This document shows positions 63,304-64,000 of a stretch of DNA of 64,000 nt, piece after piece (position 1 is the first letter of the stretch; each line of letters begins with the position of its first letter). The DNA lies in NCBI GenBank assembly GCA_937871715.1, contig CALMOE010000153.1, positions 996-64,995 of the forward strand, given 5' to 3'. Made by a program: the position numbers and the translations under genes. This DNA is from an uncultured Geobacter sp. (GTDB lineage Bacteria; Desulfobacterota; Desulfuromonadia; Geobacterales; DSM-12255). Below the pieces are notes generated by a model. The model saw only the letters and a list, made by a program, of their open reading frames with translations, was not told the DNA's origin and did not search any database.

Positions 63304-64000
63304 CCAGTGAGCCCGGGAATCTTTACCCCCAAGCGAGACAACGCAATTAGCAGGCTATTGTCAAGAGTTAGAAGCTTTTCAAGTATGGCGGTCAGAAACC
63401 TTCCACCCTGCCACTGTCCCACCCCTTCTGAATACCCGCCCACATTCAGCAAGTTACAGAGTATATATTTGGGAAAGAGAAGAGAGGCAAAAAGGTAGCC
63501 AGAAGAAAGAATTCTCAGCCCTCCCGACTGCACCAGGGACTCCAGTTCCCGGAGACTGTATCGCCGGAAGTGGCCCAAGTTGACATCGTGACGTCCATAA
63601 ATCGCCTGAAAGGCGGGAACGGTTATCAGAATTTTGCTTTTCCGATCCATGTACCTGTTGACTATGCCAAAGAGAAAGGCGGCATCGCTCTCGACATGTT
63701 CCAGGACATCTAGAAGCATGCAGAGATCGTATGCCCCGTTGTCGGGAAGTTCGCGCACATAGCGTATACCGATTCCTGACTCGTTAAACTGAAGCAACTG
63801 GTTATCGGACAAATTTATGTCGACAGCGGTTACCTCTTTCGCCTGTAGCCTGGAAAAAAGGTTTTCCGAAATAAAGCCGTCACCGCATCCCACATCAAGA
63901 ACCTTAATATCATTAAAAAGATAAGGATGCAGAACTTCAGAGAGAGCCTTGAGCCTGGCCGTCTCCCATGGATGCCTACTGACACTGAGACTATTAAATT
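63276..64000 (-). CDS. Class I SAM-dependent methyltransferase, 5' end outside the window
   Basis: My own translation upstream of the track ORF stays open to base 64000 (...HPYLFNDIKVLDVGCGDGFISE, motif I). It overlaps the GT2 start by 28 nt. Confidence 0.8.
   Translation of the reverse strand, partial: FNSLSVSRHPWETARLKALSEVLHPYLFNDIKVLDVGCGDGFISENLFSRLQAKEVTAVDINLSDNQLLQFNESGIGIRYVRELPDNGAYDLCMLLDVLEHVESDAAFLFGIVNRYMDRKSKILITVPAFQAIYGRHDVNLGHFRRYSLRELESLVQSGGLRILSSGYLFASLLFPKYILCNLLNVGGYSEGVGQWQGGRFLTAILEKLLTLDNSLLIALSRLGVKIPGLTGWVLCEKPE

Noticed and set aside
1-64000. CRISPR arrays, tRNA/rRNA genes, transposases, integrases, phage or toxin-antitoxin modules, recognisable defence systems
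   Set aside because: I found no regularly spaced direct repeats, no tRNA-like T-arm (GGTTCGAATCC-type) sequence and no translated motifs of these families. This eye-scan cannot exclude small or degenerate elements. tRNAscan-SE, Infernal/Rfam and defence-system HMM scans would be needed.

Overview
High-GC chromosomal segment, by inference from a Geobacter-type Desulfuromonadota genome (multiheme cytochromes, fused nuoBCD, lexA-dinB operon). It holds about 60 genes, almost all on the minus strand. In order: a partial lipoprotein; mscL; a decayed iorA/iorB relic; a secreted dioxygenase, mini-PAS and YceI operon; an L,D-transpeptidase plus DUF882 peptidase pair; a TetR-controlled RND efflux operon; a P-type ATPase; a Dps-like ferritin and WrbA; a response regulator with an unusual Cys/His tail; XRE-cupin and MarR regulators; an 818-aa orphan lipoprotein; a ~1 kb AT-rich non-coding stretch; a heptaheme cytochrome plus FKBP operon; an FmdB zinc ribbon; a methyltransferase plus DEDDh exonuclease operon; a secreted orphan protein; a GAF-GAF-HD-GYP protein; a lexA / 84-aa ORF / dinB operon; a DUF3300 / DUF2950 / coiled-coil lipoprotein trio; a complete but non-canonical Complex I operon at 34.2-49.2 kb; a second P-type ATPase; pncB-pncA; gltBD; and a lower-GC glycosylation-type island running off the window end. 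The Complex I operon is nuoA, nuoBCD, 40-aa TM ORF, nuoE, cytochrome c, nuoF, G, H, I, J, K, L, 157-aa orphan, nuoM, N. I saw no rRNA, tRNA, CRISPR array, transposase or integrase. The most unusual content is this Complex I operon, which carries three extra genes and two structured repeat elements. Next are the uncharacterised gene coupled between lexA and dinB behind an SOS-box-like palindrome, the orphan lipoprotein locus, and the response regulator with a CxxC...CxH...H..CxxC output module. All functional calls come from motif recognition by eye. No database search was run.
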